A DNA stretch of 64,000 nucleotides from Tubulanus polymorphus. Lineage: Eukaryota; Animalia; Nemertea. The translations under genes were made by a program, and so were the position numbers. The notes beneath the pieces are model-generated. The model was given only the letters and a program-made list of their open reading frames with translations. It was not told where the DNA came from and did no database searches. Within the stretch, counting starts at the first letter, position 1, and every line of letters starts with the position of its first letter. The stretch lies in the NCBI RefSeq assembly GCF_964204645.1, contig NC_134032.1:15178275-15242274 (forward strand). Reading direction: 5' to 3'. Of this stretch, positions 1 through 42,452 are shown in pieces.

Positions 1-1063
1 TTAAACAACTTGTGTTCCGTGGTACCCAGTGACAATTAAACAACTTGTGTTCCGTGGTACCCAGTGACAATTAAACAACTTGTGTTCCGTGGTACCCAGT
101 GACAATTAAACAACTTGTGTTCCGTGGTACCCAGTGACAATTAAACAACTTGTGTTCCGTGGTACCCAGTGACAATTAAACAACTTGTGTTCCGTGGTAC
201 CCAGTGACAATTAAACAACTTGTGTTCCGTGGTACCCAGTGACAATTAAACAACTTGTGTTCCGTGGTACCCAGTGACAATTAAACAACTTGTGTTCTGT
301 GGTACCCAGTGACAATTAAACAACTTGTGTTCTGTGGTACCCAGTGACAATCAAACAACTTGTGTTCTGTTGTACCCAGTGACAATGAAATAAAATGTGT
401 TCCGTGGTACCCAGTGACAATTAAACAACTCATGTTCCGTGGTACCCAATGACAATTAAACAACTTGTGTTCTGTGGTACCCAGTGACAAGTTAACAACT
501 TGTGTTCCGTGGTACCCAGTGACAATTAAACAACTTGTGTTCTGTGATACCCAGTGACAATTAAACAACTTGTGTTCCGTGGTACCCAGTGACAATTAAA
601 CAACTTTTGTTCTGTGGTACCCAGTGACAATTAAACAACTTGTGTTCTGTGGTACCCAGTGACAATCAAACAACTTGTGTTCCGTGGTACCCAGTGACAA
701 TTAAACAACTTGTGTTCTGTGGTACCCAGTGACAATTAAACAACTTGTGTTCCGTGGTACCCAGTGACAATTAAACAACTTGTGTTCTGTGGTACCTAGT
801 GATTAAATATGAAATAACATGACATTGTGTTCTGTGGTACCCAGTGACAATTAAACAACTTGTGTTCTGTGGTACCCAGTGACAATCAAACAACTTGTGT
901 TCCGTGGTACCCAGTGACAATTAAACAACTCATGTTCCGTGGTACCCAGTGACAATCAAACAACTCATGTTCCGTGGTACCCAGTGACAATCAAACAACT
1001 CATGTTCCGTGGTAACCGGTGACAATTAAACAACATGTGTTCTGTGGTAACCGGTGACAATTA
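1..1063. repeat. 35-bp minisatellite (ttaaacaacttgtgttccgtggtacccagtgacaa), ~30 copies, runs off the window start
   Basis: Direct tandem repeats, homogeneous on the left and decaying to the right. Confidence 0.97.
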
Positions 1064-2039
1064 AGTAGGCCTATCTCAGGTACTATAAGATTGTCTTTAT
1101 ATATATTATAGTACCTGAGATACCGGATGATTTAGTCTGGGCTACGGTTGACCCCCAAACTTAGTGGATTGTCCTCTCTATACAGCTACAGGGCTGAGAC
1201 ACATTTTACCCCAGTCTGTGGCACAGTATCACGATATTGATATGACATATTTATGATAGTATGTCAACATCTAAAAATATATATTTATGCTATTTTCAAG
1301 ATCAAACTGAAGTTGAACATCCAAGTGATGAAAAAAGTAATAAATTTCATTGATTGCATTTACCAGCAGTCAGCACACGCCAGTTGGTGGCAGTGCTATT
1401 GAATCTCTATCATAGCCTAAAATCTAAATGTAGAGTGATTTCAACAGTCTGGAACTTCTATTGGAAGCAGGCCTATGCCTATACCGATACAGCAACAACA
1501 TTCTCTTCATAATCGGGCCCTTTATGGACTGAGTGTGTAAAATGTATACTAATGCAGCCTCTAGCGTGTCAATCAATTGAATTGATATTGACAAGCTATC
1601 GGACGATTTTTGACAAGCTAGCGGACGATTCGCGCATTGGGGTATCAGCGACTGGGTATGAGCGGACACTTGTAAAGTACATATGAATCTCCTTATAACC
1701 GTAACCCTAGCATGCCAGAGTTGACTTACATTAGTGTATGGAAATCCCGCTAACAATGAGCATAGCGGCAGCACCGTACGGTAAAATGTTGATATCCTAT
1801 CAAAAGTAATTACTGACACTGATTCAGAGTTGTCCTGATGCTGAATAGAGGATGTACAGGGGTGTTCCGGGTTCGTACCAAGTAATTACTGATATTGGTT
1901 CAGAGTGGTCCTGATACTGAATAGAGGATGTACAGGTCACGTTCCTCCCTCGGCAGGTGGCACCCATCCCTTAAAGTGTACTAGTTCCAACGCCATAATT
2001 CATTCGATTATGATTACGATTACGATTTTATTTACACTG

Positions 2040-2398
2040 CAACCATTTCCACGGTATATGGAGGAAAATTATTACACATGTATATAGCTTTTGTCACACT
2101 GACCAAGTAGATGATGAGTACCACGTATTGCAATGCTTACAGTGCCCTGAGAAGCAATTTGTTTTCGAACTATTATGTTCACCATCCATCTGTCTTCAAA
2201 TTTATTAACTTATTAACTTCCAACTGTCCTGCCACCATTATAAAACTAGGCAAGTGTTTATATCAATTATTTAAAAGAAGAAAATTGCTACTCAGGGACC
2301 ATAATCTCTAAATCGCATAAACCGTCATATGTATCATTATCTTTTATTTATTGTCATTACAAGTTTGTAAACAACTTTGACAGAAATAAATAAATACT
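2040..2398 (+). mobile_element. Degenerate 3' end of a non-LTR retrotransposon (LINE ORF2 C-terminus plus tail)
   Basis: Broken frame reading ...FCHTDQVDDEYHV..C.AYSALR...YYVHHPSVFKFINLL...KLGKCLYQLFKRR, like the C-terminal CCHC region of invertebrate LINE ORF2; followed by an (aaat)n tail near 2385-2395. Confidence 0.5.
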
Positions 2399-3640
2399 AT
2401 GAAATATTTATATACAAATATTTACAAAACAACACTGAAGTGATTAAAATTTAGAGAATGAAAACGTAACAAGATATATATACATCAACTATTTACAATA
2501 CTATATATACTATTGGAGGGATCTATATACATCTAAGCCGGTCTTAAGTTTCCTGGACCTAGCCATCTTTTTGATCAGATGAACCCGAACTCGGCATGAG
2601 GTCTTTAACAGCTGATCGCATAGGTGTGTCCACTCCGCGCTGTGCGATAAATTCGCAGCGAAAATCGCACAAAATATTACAACAATTTACAGGTTGCTAA
2701 TTGAAGTGCGCAAACTTTGGTTGTTGACAATTGAATGTGATATCACCAAGTTGGATATTCAACCAAAGGTGATGATTAGATGACAGACCATTATATAGCC
2801 CGGCCCATCCCTGGTTATGCTATATTTCTCTAACGCGTAGAGGCGGTTGTGGTTCACGCGAGCCCTATACGCAATATGCGGAGCGCCACGAACCAGCCAT
2901 GCTCAGGACTGAGGGGTTAAGTTCGGGGCGTATAACTTATCCACAAAATGCAACCTATCTTTAATCTAAAGAATACCTATAGAATTCGTTTTGTTTTCAG
3001 CCGGTACCAGCGGGGTTTGAACTCAGCAGCGGCAGCGGCAGCAGCAGCAGCACACTCCAGGGTCCCTCGCAATTGTTCACGCAATTTTATTTTCATTGCT
3101 CAATCTGTTTTTTGTTATGAATGAAATAACTCTCTGTTGGGTATTTGGCTAGTATATAAGTATTATATAATTTCAATGTTTAACGCAATCGCAATCGCGA
3201 AGCTACTGTGGAAATCGAGGATCCGCTAGGGGCGTTGGTGTTAATTAAGTATTTTACTTATTAAATGCTTTAAAAATTTTTTTACTTTCTTAGCATGAAG
3301 TTTAAAAAAGTAGTTAAACGCAGCCTTAGTTCGAGCGACGGCCGTTTCGAGTTGTTGATGCCCGTTAGAGGCGTGGCCACGGAAGAGGCGTGGCAATACG
3401 ATTAAGATTGACGTTTTACCTCCGAGGATTCTCACCATCCACACGCTCGATAAGTTTGAGACACTAGCACTGTAGTGATCAGACGACGCGTCGAAAACCG
3501 AAAGCTTTGATTCACTCAGAAAAACTGTCGTTTAAGTGGATATTGCGCACTGTGTCCTCAGTGGTATATTCTAACTCACCATCGCGTCGCGGTCGGCATT
3601 TACTCATTGTTTTATCGATAGGATTACATACTTTTAAAAC

Positions 3641-3773
3641 CAGGGGCCAGTTGCTCAAAGGTTGGTTAATGATAACAAGTCGTTAAATACCACAGTAACA
3701 ATGAAATTTCAATTGTCACCATATCAACTATCCACTGGTTAACTCTAACCAACTTTTGAGCAACCGGCCCCTG
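3641..3773. mobile_element. MITE, PIF/Harbinger-like (GGGCC..GGCCC termini, CWG flanks)
   Basis: TIRs gggccagttgctcaaa / tttgagcaaccggccc flanked by CAG and CTG; near-identical copy at 22972-23103. Confidence 0.75.
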
Positions 3774-4067
3774 CGTGTTACGAAGCGAATCGGAACTCCT
3801 TCGTGTCGGACGCGCGTAGAAAAAAAGGTAAAACTTACATATATATATATATTTACAAACCGGCGTTTAAAAGTAAGAATATTTCTGATCGATGAAATAT
3901 TAAACGTATTTAAAATTTCGCCGGTTTTATTTTCTTGGTAAAACAGCGATATGACGTGTTTTATTGCGAATTTCATTGCGGTTTACAAAAATGACCCGAT
4001 CGATTAGGAGTGACTTTTAAGGTAACAATTTTTAGCAATTCGAGATTTGAATCTTTTTTTCAAGAAA

Positions 4068-5123
4068 ATGGATTCCACTACTTCGAGTAACACGAATGAA
4101 AGTCGTCTGCACGCTGAAGATCAGTTCGGTGCGTACTATTGCTACCTGTACTTCATCTCTCCGGTGGATTTAGTCGACACGATGGCCTCGTGGATGAAAT
4201 GGGTACAAATAATTTGCACGTCGTTTTTTATCGTTTTCGGACTGATGTCGAATGTCGTATCGTTTATCGTTATGACGATGCCGAAAATGCGCAAGTGCTC
4301 GTTCGCGGTCTACCTGGCAGCCCTAGCCGTGAGCGACGGGTGCAATTTGATACTTCACGGGATTTTCTGGATTAATTTCATCAGCGCGCTTTCGGGTGGA
4401 CCCTTAATCATCCGGGTCAGTGACAAAGTGGCGAAAACATTTCTGAAGTATACAAGCATGTATTTCGCGATTTTGAGCAGCTGGCTGGTTACATTGATTA
4501 GCATTGAACGTTTCATTGTCGTCTGTTTCCCGATGTCGGCTTCGCGTTTGTGTCGCCGTCGATCGGCACGTGGCGCCACCTGTTGTACGGTTCTCGGCGT
4601 ACTGTGCGTGATGTTGATCGACGGTTCGCTGCGTCCGTGGATGGACTACGACGTCGCGGCCGGTTGTCGAATGCCCGATCGACGCTACGACTCGCGCACT
4701 GTCGGAGTTCTGATGATCGGCTATGTACCGTTCTTCGTCATTACGTTCTGTTGTGTCAGTATAGTCACAGTTCTGAACATGCGCAGTGCTAGACTTCCGA
4801 TCGCCGCTGTTAAACTGACCAATAACAAAGTCACTCGACTCATGCTCTTCGTGATGGCTGTATTTCTATTGTTACTATTCCCTACTATTGTCACTATTAC
4901 AGTAGTAGCCGTGCTCCCGCACTTGCGGCAAGTAATGAAATTCGCTTCGGGTCCGCTGACCGCCATACTATGGGAAATGAGCTATTCGGTTAACTTCCTA
5001 ATCTACGCGCTGACCAGTCGCAAAGTCAGGGAAACGTTCGTCGAGAAGTTTCTTAGAGTTTGGTCGACAGATGGCGCTCGCAGATCTAACGGTCGAATGA
5101 ATACAACACCCGTACCTCCATAA
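4068..5123 (+). CDS. Rhodopsin-like (class A) GPCR, uninterrupted coding exon, FMRFamide/sex-peptide-receptor-like orphan group, ~351 aa
   Basis: Seven hydrophobic segments; GxxxN in TM1 (GLMSN), LAVSD in TM2, ISIERF (DRY equivalent) followed by VVCFP, FLLLLFP in TM6, SVNFLIY (NPxxY equivalent); N-terminal sequon NES; first ATG at 4068. Confidence 0.93.
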   Translation: MDSTTSSNTNESRLHAEDQFGAYYCYLYFISPVDLVDTMASWMKWVQIICTSFFIVFGLMSNVVSFIVMTMPKMRKCSFAVYLAALAVSDGCNLILHGIFWINFISALSGGPLIIRVSDKVAKTFLKYTSMYFAILSSWLVTLISIERFIVVCFPMSASRLCRRRSARGATCCTVLGVLCVMLIDGSLRPWMDYDVAAGCRMPDRRYDSRTVGVLMIGYVPFFVITFCCVSIVTVLNMRSARLPIAAVKLTNNKVTRLMLFVMAVFLLLLFPTIVTITVVAVLPHLRQVMKFASGPLTAILWEMSYSVNFLIYALTSRKVRETFVEKFLRVWSTDGARRSNGRMNTTPVPP

Positions 5124-6776
5124 CCGTTAGTTTGACGTTTGAACTGGCGACTTTTGTACCGATGTAGGGTACGAGGAATAGAATGAACTATAAGATTATA
5201 CGTATTGGTGCATATATTTGCATATGTAAATGAGGGGGAGGGGTGAATTGGTTAAGTGTGCTCTAGGATTCTTGTGATTAAAAGAATAATTTTATAAGTG
5301 ATGTCACTTCAAAAACATTTAACATCTATATGCTTATTATAAATGTGCTTGATGTAAGGAATGAAATTTATTCGGGAGATGAATAAAATGTTCGCGATGT
5401 TGACATTAAATGTCTGGTGTTTGTAGTTCATTTTCAATCAAAAATGTCTCAGGTGAAGCACTGAACACATGTGAAGTGTGGACGATCAGTTTTTGAAAGT
5501 GAGCTGATGAAATGTCTAATATATGGTGTTTGAAAGTTTGCTGATAAAATGTCTAATATCTGATTGATACCCAGTTAATCATTGATATTGAGCTGACCGA
5601 TGATAAACCTGGATCAGGTATTTCACAGGATATTTCCCCCGTTATCACACAGGGATCAACTGTTTTATCAACACGTTCTATATCCATGAATTCCGCACCA
5701 CCTGCAATTTCTCTTAAATTCCCGAACTCTGATTTCACATGTCGTTCATTCGTTAATTTGCCGTGAACGTTTTGAAGGTAGGCGAAAACCGATTTGTTTC
5801 TCCGGGGATTTAGAGTAATTTCCGAAACTCTTAGTTTATAACTAAGGCATTATTCACTTGCATTTGTTGTCGCATTACTGTCCAAGTCGTCACTACTTTT
5901 GAGTTCCAATTTGTATTTCTAATTGAATAAGTGTCAGTCTTATCGTCAAAAAAATTATCACCGCAATTCGACTAAGTCATTAGTTGAAGGTACATGTGCT
6001 TAATGAAAATAAAAATTTGTAAAATATTCTAAAAGAACAATATTAGAATTTGTATGATTGATAACATCCATAGTTCGATATATTTGAAAACAGACCCACA
6101 AATGAGAAATGATTATAGGCAAGTTGTTTATTGGAAAAAATTAAAGCATTGTGCCAAAAACAGCTCGGTCTCGAGCGCGGGTTTCCAGCACTGAAACACG
6201 TGTCGCGGAATAAGCGGTTAGCTATGTTAGGTAGTTTTTGTGTTAAATGACTATCCTCCACGGCAGGGATTCGAACCCGATGGCATCGCACGACTCAGCC
6301 ATCGCTCGAAACCCTGCCACACTAGACTGGGTGCGCAGGTACACGAATAAAATCCGCTTTTATATCATCAAACTTTGCTTGTATATTGGGTTTTAACCTT
6401 ATCATCTGTTCTCCACGCCAGCGTACACGCAGGCTATTCTACTTCTACCCTCTAGCCTCAACCCACGGGAAGTCACTCTGGACATTATTAGCAGGTTCGA
6501 AGTTTCTTTTTCCGCCTTACCATATTAGTGTCTTCCGAAAGAGCATGAGGTTGATATTCGGAGAGTTTCTTTTATCGCAAGTGAACTCTACTTCCACCAG
6601 GAGTGAAAACCTATAATACCCGTCATCCTACCGAAGGTCTTCTTTCTGATTTTTGTCCTCACCTATCGATAACAATAACAACGCAGCCTTTCGTTTGTTA
6701 GCAGAGACTTTCTTTCCTTAATTGATGTTCATATTCCAGGTAACCTGACGTTCAACCATAGGAACAGAGGTAAACA

Positions 6777-9700
6777 ATGAAGCTTATTCACTGTGGCATC
6801 CCGCTAGTTATGGTCTTGTGTTGGTGGTGTCAGTATCAGGTCACTCACGCGGCATACATCAGTAAGTATCGTTAGGGTCAACTGATTTGCTAATTACGGC
6901 TGTGACAGTAACAATTATATCATGAAAGGTTCGGATCCGATGGTAGACTTGGGAGCGCGCAGAAATGAAAGAGGCACACCCAGTTCAACAGGGCAGAGCA
7001 AACGTCAAGTGTTTTCTGTAATTATTTTGTTTAATTCAAGGGAACGCTTACAACGACGGCGTCCATGACGCGTCGAAACGCCACCTGGCGAGGAACGATG
7101 AAACGATCGATGATATGATTAACCGCATCAATAAAAGTAAGTTCGGTCACGTGTTAAATTGGTCACGTGGACCTCTGAAAGCACCCTAGGGCTTTGGTAC
7201 AGCGTGCATAAACCAGCCATTTCGCCATCTTGGATTTCAAAAAATGGATGTTCTAGTAAAACTACAACAAGTTGGTTTCTTTTTCTGAGCTGTGCAGCGG
7301 AAGCTAAAGATCAAGAAAAAGTAGTATTCCAGACGGCCACTCTCGAGTCATATTGACCACTGTCTATTTCATTTAGATATAAACCGACCGGATGTGATAG
7401 AGGGCGATATAATCGTGCCGTTAGATGGCGCCAACAGAAGGCGTTCGGCTGTGCGGGGAAAATGGAAAACTTGGCCGAACAAAGTCGTACCGTACGAGTT
7501 TACCAGTTCGATCAGTGTCGGTAATGTATTCAATATGGCGGATGCTTATAGTCTGTTCATTATCCTTTGATTTCTGCTTCCAATATCTTTCGAGTTACAT
7601 GTGTTCAGTGCTTCAATTTTTAATTTTTGATTCAATTAAGAGACATTTTTAATTGAAAGTGAACTACAAACACCAGGCGTTAGACTTTTTTGCAGCACAC
7701 TTTCAAAAACTGATCGTCCACACTTCACATGTGTCCACTGTGTCCAACTTCACCTGAGACATTTTTGATGGGACAGAAATTTTTTCTGCACATTTTCAAA
7801 CTTTCCTAAAATCTCCAAAAGTGAATGTCCGAGGGGGCCTCGAGGAACGCGTCGGAAGGGGGGGGGGTGTAGGGGGGCAGTGGTTCCAGGCTCGAAGTTT
7901 AACAACCGTATTACATGAATTATATGATTTTCTTTTGTAGATAAACGGGAAAAAATCAAAATGGCGATAACGGAATTAGCTTTGAAAACGTGTGTGAAAT
8001 TCAGACCGAAACAGGAATCGGACGGCAATTGGATCTCGTTCCGAAACGGCGAAGGGTATGTTGATTGTTCTGTGATTTACATAATATATCCATGACCGCC
8101 ATAGTGACGTCACACTCTATATAAACGTTATTTACATAATATACGTAAAATCCCAGCAGTTTCCAAATCCCCATATCTGATGGAACTGATTGGACAAAGA
8201 TCCAACGATGTCAAAATATGGAGGTCTGGGCAGCCATATTGCGCTGTTGCCCACGTGACTACGTCACGATTCGAGTCTTTCAATTGAATGAAATATTTCA
8301 TTTATTTTTTCATGTTAGTTGTTTGTCAAACGTTGGCTTTATGCCAAACCACGTGGGCCAAAGGGTTACCATCGGCGACGGGTGCGAAGTGCACGGTATT
8401 ATTGTACACGAAATAATGCACGCTTTAGGTAACTATAGTAACTTCGTTATAACAAAGGAAACTGTTAATTTGAAAGAACCGTGTAAGCGAACGGAAGCGT
8501 ACTCCCTGACGTCACAGTACATTTGCGTTTTTGATCACCAAATCCATCAGCGCCCTCACCGTTAGCAATAGACACTATCGGTGATCATACTTTTCGGAAA
8601 TATTTTGTTCTGGGGGATTTTATAACCAAACCATGAAAAATGGCTTTTTCGATGCTGAAAAAACCTGTTGTCTATCACTAACGGTAGGGGGCGATGTGCA
8701 AAGCAGACGGGGCTGTTTGTAGCTCAAAACTTTGTTTAAGTTGACCAGTGGATAGTCATTGTTCCCGTTTTGGTTTTTGTTCTACGATTTTACTTTTAAC
8801 CCTTTCTAGGTTTTTATCACGAACAAAGTCGTCCCGATCGGAACGGATTCGTCAAAGTACAATGGGAAAATATCATACCAGGTTTGAACGAGTCATTTTC
8901 TAGCACCATCTAGCGGTTTTTCCGTCTGTCGCGTTGATGCATAGTTCTCACTAGTGCCACCCAGTGGATCATCGATTGCCACAGTTTCATTTCTGGTTCT
9001 ATGAGCGGAACATCGACTTCCTACTAGCGCCACCCTGCGGATCCTCGATTACCACAGTTGATATATTTTCATTAATCTTGAATTTGCATACAATTTGCAT
9101 AAAATATATGAATTACTACCTCGTTTCATTGGCTATGCTGAAGAGCGCCACCTGGTGTATTAGTTGGATCAGCTACGTACGATTTCGGCGAAATGTCACG
9201 GATCAATATTGAATTGAAAATTATTTATACACAAATGATATTTACTTTTCGCAGTATATTTCTTTAGCTATTGTAATTGTAAATATTCTCTATTATTTCA
9301 ACTCGTACAGGTAAAGGCGCCTATTTCTCGATTGTAAAGGACTCCGATACTCAAGGTTTGAAGTACGATTTCGACAGCGTTATGCACTACGGCAAAACGG
9401 CCTTCTCGAAGAACGGCAAACCGACGCTCGTCACTCGTAAGAATCCGTCTGATCGACAATTCGGACAGCGAGAAGGGGCCAGTAAACTCGATATCGAAGG
9501 CATCAATAAACTTTATGAGTGCGAAAACGGTAAAGAGCAAAGTGTTTTATACCCTTCATTTATTAAGCTTTCTCATAATCGTACGTGATCCAAGATGGCC
9601 GCCGTTTTTGTAGATACTGCTTCATCGTCATTCAATTCGATCCAAGATGGCCGCCGTTTTAGTATATTCTGATTAATCATAATCTTAATCGATTCAAGAT

Positions 9701-10903
9701 GGCCGCCGTTTTGGTATATAATGCTTTGTCATTATTTTATTCGATCCTAGATGGCCGCCATTTTGGTAGTTTCTACCAGGTTCTAAAAGAAAAACTAAGA
9801 AAATATGTATTTTTACACTAAAAGAAAATTCCTTTATTTCATGTTTTCGAACTTTTTTTGGTTCCTAGATGCGAGTATAGGTGGCGATCTGTCGCAGTGG
9901 TCATCGTGGTCAGCGTGTAATGAGAAATGTCAATCGTGGAGACAACGATTCTGTAAACCGGAAGACGACTGTCCGGCTGCTAATTCTCACGGAATCGACC
10001 AACAGGTCAAACAGTGTCACTATTCCCAATGTCCAGGTACAGATTATCACCCACAGGTGGCAGCATACACCATATAACCAAAGCTTTAGGGTCTGACAAG
10101 GGTTCGTACCCTGGTAAAGTCTAATGGCGCCATCGGGTTCGAATCCCTTCCACATGGGGGCACTATTTCTGAATACACCATTATTTGATGTATGTTTCAG
10201 TGGCGGGTCAGTGGAGTTCGTGGACAGATTTCTCTAAATGTGACTCAAGCTGTTCGAAGAGACGCAGACGATTTTGTAATAACCCACCACCACAAAATGG
10301 CGGAATGCTCTGTCGCGGGACTGATATCAATAAAGTGCCTTGTTTTAATGGTGATTGCGATACATGTAAGTGGAGTAGTATCGGTAGTGAGAAGGGTCCA
10401 TTACAGCTGCGAGGGGAGTTGGTTCACCGAGAACCTATCATGAATGTTCTACTCCCGCTACAGCTGCGAGGGGAGTGGGTTCACCGAGAACCTTTTATGA
10501 ATGTTTTACTCGCTGCTCTCTCGCTACAGCTGTAAGGGGAGAGGGTTCACCGAGAACCTTTTATGAATATTCAACTCTCGCTGCAGCTGCGAGGGGAATT
10601 GGTTCACCGAACCTGTATTTCTATCATAATGTTTTCTTTTCAGCCGATTGCAATTGTGACTACAGCAGGGGTGGCTGCACGATCGAGAAGGCGGCTCCAC
10701 CTGGCACGGCGTGTCGGTGCAAATATCACGGATTCTGGACTTGTAGCGGGAAGATCACCGAATGTCGAAATCCAGGAACCTATCCGTGCGAACACGCCGA
10801 TAAATCTGAATATTCGTGTCTCGAGGGTGGCGGTGATTGTGGCGGTTATCGATACAGAGCAGACGACATCGATATGAAGGAAAATATTCATTCTGGATTC
10901 TAA
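6777..10903 (+). CDS. Secreted astacin-family (M12A) zinc metalloprotease with 2 TSP1 repeats and a C-terminal 10-Cys domain, ~477 aa, 10 coding exons
   Basis: Exons 6777-6861, 7041-7136, 7377-7520, 7941-8055, 8319-8428, 8810-8881, 9311-9529, 9869-10036, 10201-10365, 10644-10903; all GT-AG, phases consistent, 1434 nt. Signal peptide MKLIHCGIPLVMVLCWW; prodomain EGDI motif; RRR site; WPNKVVPY; zinc signature HEIMHALGFYHEQSRPDR; Met-turn SVMHY; two WSxW..C TSP1 exons; AATAAA at 10931. Confidence 0.93.
9588..9767. repeat. Four degenerate ~50-bp tandem units each containing (c/t)aagatggccgcc
   Basis: Intronic repeats; the same core recurs near 15145, 16201, 49058 and 55696-55860. Confidence 0.75.
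10400..10615. repeat. Degenerate ~55-60-bp tandem repeat (cagctgcgaggggag..ggttcaccgagaacc), 4 copies, astacin last intron
   Basis: Direct repeats; same family at ~35065-35270. Confidence 0.85.
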
Positions 10904-12611
10904 ATATTCAATCGAATTAAAAGAGGTTTCAATAAAAAATCTGAATGTTGAATGTTGAATTTTGTTTACGAAGAGTTGTATGTCGGTGGATCAGTAGAAC
11001 TGATACGGTTTTTATAATGTGCCCAACGAGGACCGACTGTGACCCACCGCTCTGTTGAGGACTTCCGGTCGGCCATGATTATCACCTTAAGTTCCGTTTT
11101 CCGGTAAACTTATAGAGTCGACCATTAACACCGTAAGGTCAGACTTCCGGTCAGCATGAGTATTCAATGAATATGCAAATAGTTTTCAAAGAATATGCAA
11201 ATGGGTATTCAATGAATATGCAGATGAGTATCCAATCAATATTTGGGCTATTGGGGCACTCTGCCCGCTCCCATCCTTTTACAGGGTTCGAACCCACCGT
11301 TTCGTACACAAATCAAACCAAAACTCGAGCGTTACGAAAAATAATTTATAATTTATTCCATAATTTAACGATATTATTTACATAAAACAATTAAGTATTT
11401 TATCTGTTTTAAAATCTGAATTACGTATCTTACACTTTTCATACACAAGGTTTAAATACAACCAATGAGATCAAACCTCCATGACTTCTATGACGTAGGT
11501 ATTTAAAATTCTCCATGACGTAGTACACACATACCTCCGTAACGTATAGTCATACATTCACAAATTTCTATGACGTAATCCACATGTTCGATAACATTTA
11601 TTTATATTGAGATCAGTCCTAAACGCATTGACAACGATCAATTAGTTAATTATCAAAACGTCTCTATAATCAACACGTCACAAACTAACGATAGATTTTT
11701 TAGTTGTTATTTTTTTTGATGTAAAAATATTTCTTTTCTTTGATTTGTTTTTTGTTTTGTATTTTTAACTAATGGCAAACTGCTGATATGTGAGTTAGTA
11801 TTTTAAGAAACGATGAAACATATCGCCAGATGGCGTGCCTTTCAATCGGTTGTAAAGTATTCGTGTATCCATTCGTAATCTTCAAACATTTGAAAGTAAA
11901 TACAGATAAAGTTAAAGACACCAAAAACACCTGGTGGATCCTCGGTTGCCAGAGTAGCTGTTGTAGTTAGTTACCGGTTGCACTTATATTGTGAATAAAA
12001 CCTGATTGAATTGTATTGTTTGTTTGTTGTGAGCAGACGATCTCAGCCCATGTGATCGATGATTTTCCGAGCTTTCGTTAATGTAACCGCTCCGCTACGC
12101 TAGAAAATATCATAGATTTTTTTTTTTTGGTATATATAGATGAATCTACATGAATTACACGTACATAAGATATGTACGTATACACTAATGTGCATGAAAT
12201 AGTGTACATACAATGAGTACATAACACTAGTGTATTGATGTACATACATGTGTAAATACATATATTAACCAGTTTACATATAATATGTACATGTATTAGT
12301 GTACACATGAATCTTATGTATGCTGGTGTACATAAATTAATTACATACAGTAGTATACAAATACAAGTGTACATAAACTAATGTACATACAATGTGTGCA
12401 CATCTATTTTTTGTACATATATGGATTGTTTAGGTCATTACAGTGTGTTTTAAATGCGTTGAGTAGTTTAGTGTTTTACAAGTGATGGCGCCACTGTCGT
12501 TGCATTATTCACAAAAGCAACAACAGTTTTTTAACGCTCCGTCTCCACGCGGCCTTGAAAGTTACGCCTTTTATACGAATAACCGTCACCTCTTTCACCG
12601 TCGCTAAACAA

Positions 12612-41734
<29,123 letters not shown>

Positions 41735-42022
41735 CCTGGAATTCGTTATAACTCAGTCCGAATGTGTTTGGCGCCCTTTCTAAATTCCGCAAAAATTGCG
41801 AACTCCGAATAGCAACACGTGTTACCCGTTAGAATGCAATTACTTACATCGATTTTTAGCATTTTTAATTAATTTTGACAAAAACCCACCTTTCATTTCG
41901 ATACCAAATCAAGCTGTGTTGATTTTATTTATGCAGTTCGGCCCCTAATTGTAGACCAAAAAATTATATTTTACCCAATAATAGATTGCATATTAGTAAA
42001 TATCAGTCCGTGCATGCACGTG

Positions 42023-42452
42023 TTTCATTTTTAATGTTTTAAATTTGTATATAGAATCTGTTCCACCCGTCTGAGTGGACCGAGATATTCTATTATTACC
42101 AATAGTCTCTTTAACTTTTGATTTAGGAAATAAATTTCATTTCAAATGTTTCAAATTTATATATAAAATCTATTCCACCCGTCTGAGTGAACCGGACTAT
42201 TCTACTATTACCTGTAGCCTCTTTAACTGTTGATTTAGGAAATAAGTTTCATTTTTAATGTTTCAAATTTATATATAAATATAGTTTGTTTAATCTATTC
42301 TTCGCGTCTGAGTGAACCGAGATATTCTATTATTACCAATAGTCTCTTTAACTTTTGATTTAGGAAATAAATTTCATTTTTAATGTTTTAAATTTGTATA
42401 TAGAATCTGTTCCACCCGTCTGAGTGAACCGGACTATTTTACTTTTACCTGT
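42023..42452. repeat. ~111-125-bp AT-rich tandem repeat, ~4 copies
   Basis: Recurring ccacccgtctgagtg(a/g)accg core with matching flanks. Confidence 0.85.

Noticed and set aside
1-1063. CRISPR-like regularly spaced 35-bp repeats (also the 26-50-bp arrays elsewhere)
   Set aside because: Units are contiguous with no unique spacers, no cas genes are present, and the context is eukaryotic; these are minisatellites.
1424-1819. 131-aa ORF
   Set aside because: No motifs, splice context or ATG start; probably chance or decayed repeat.
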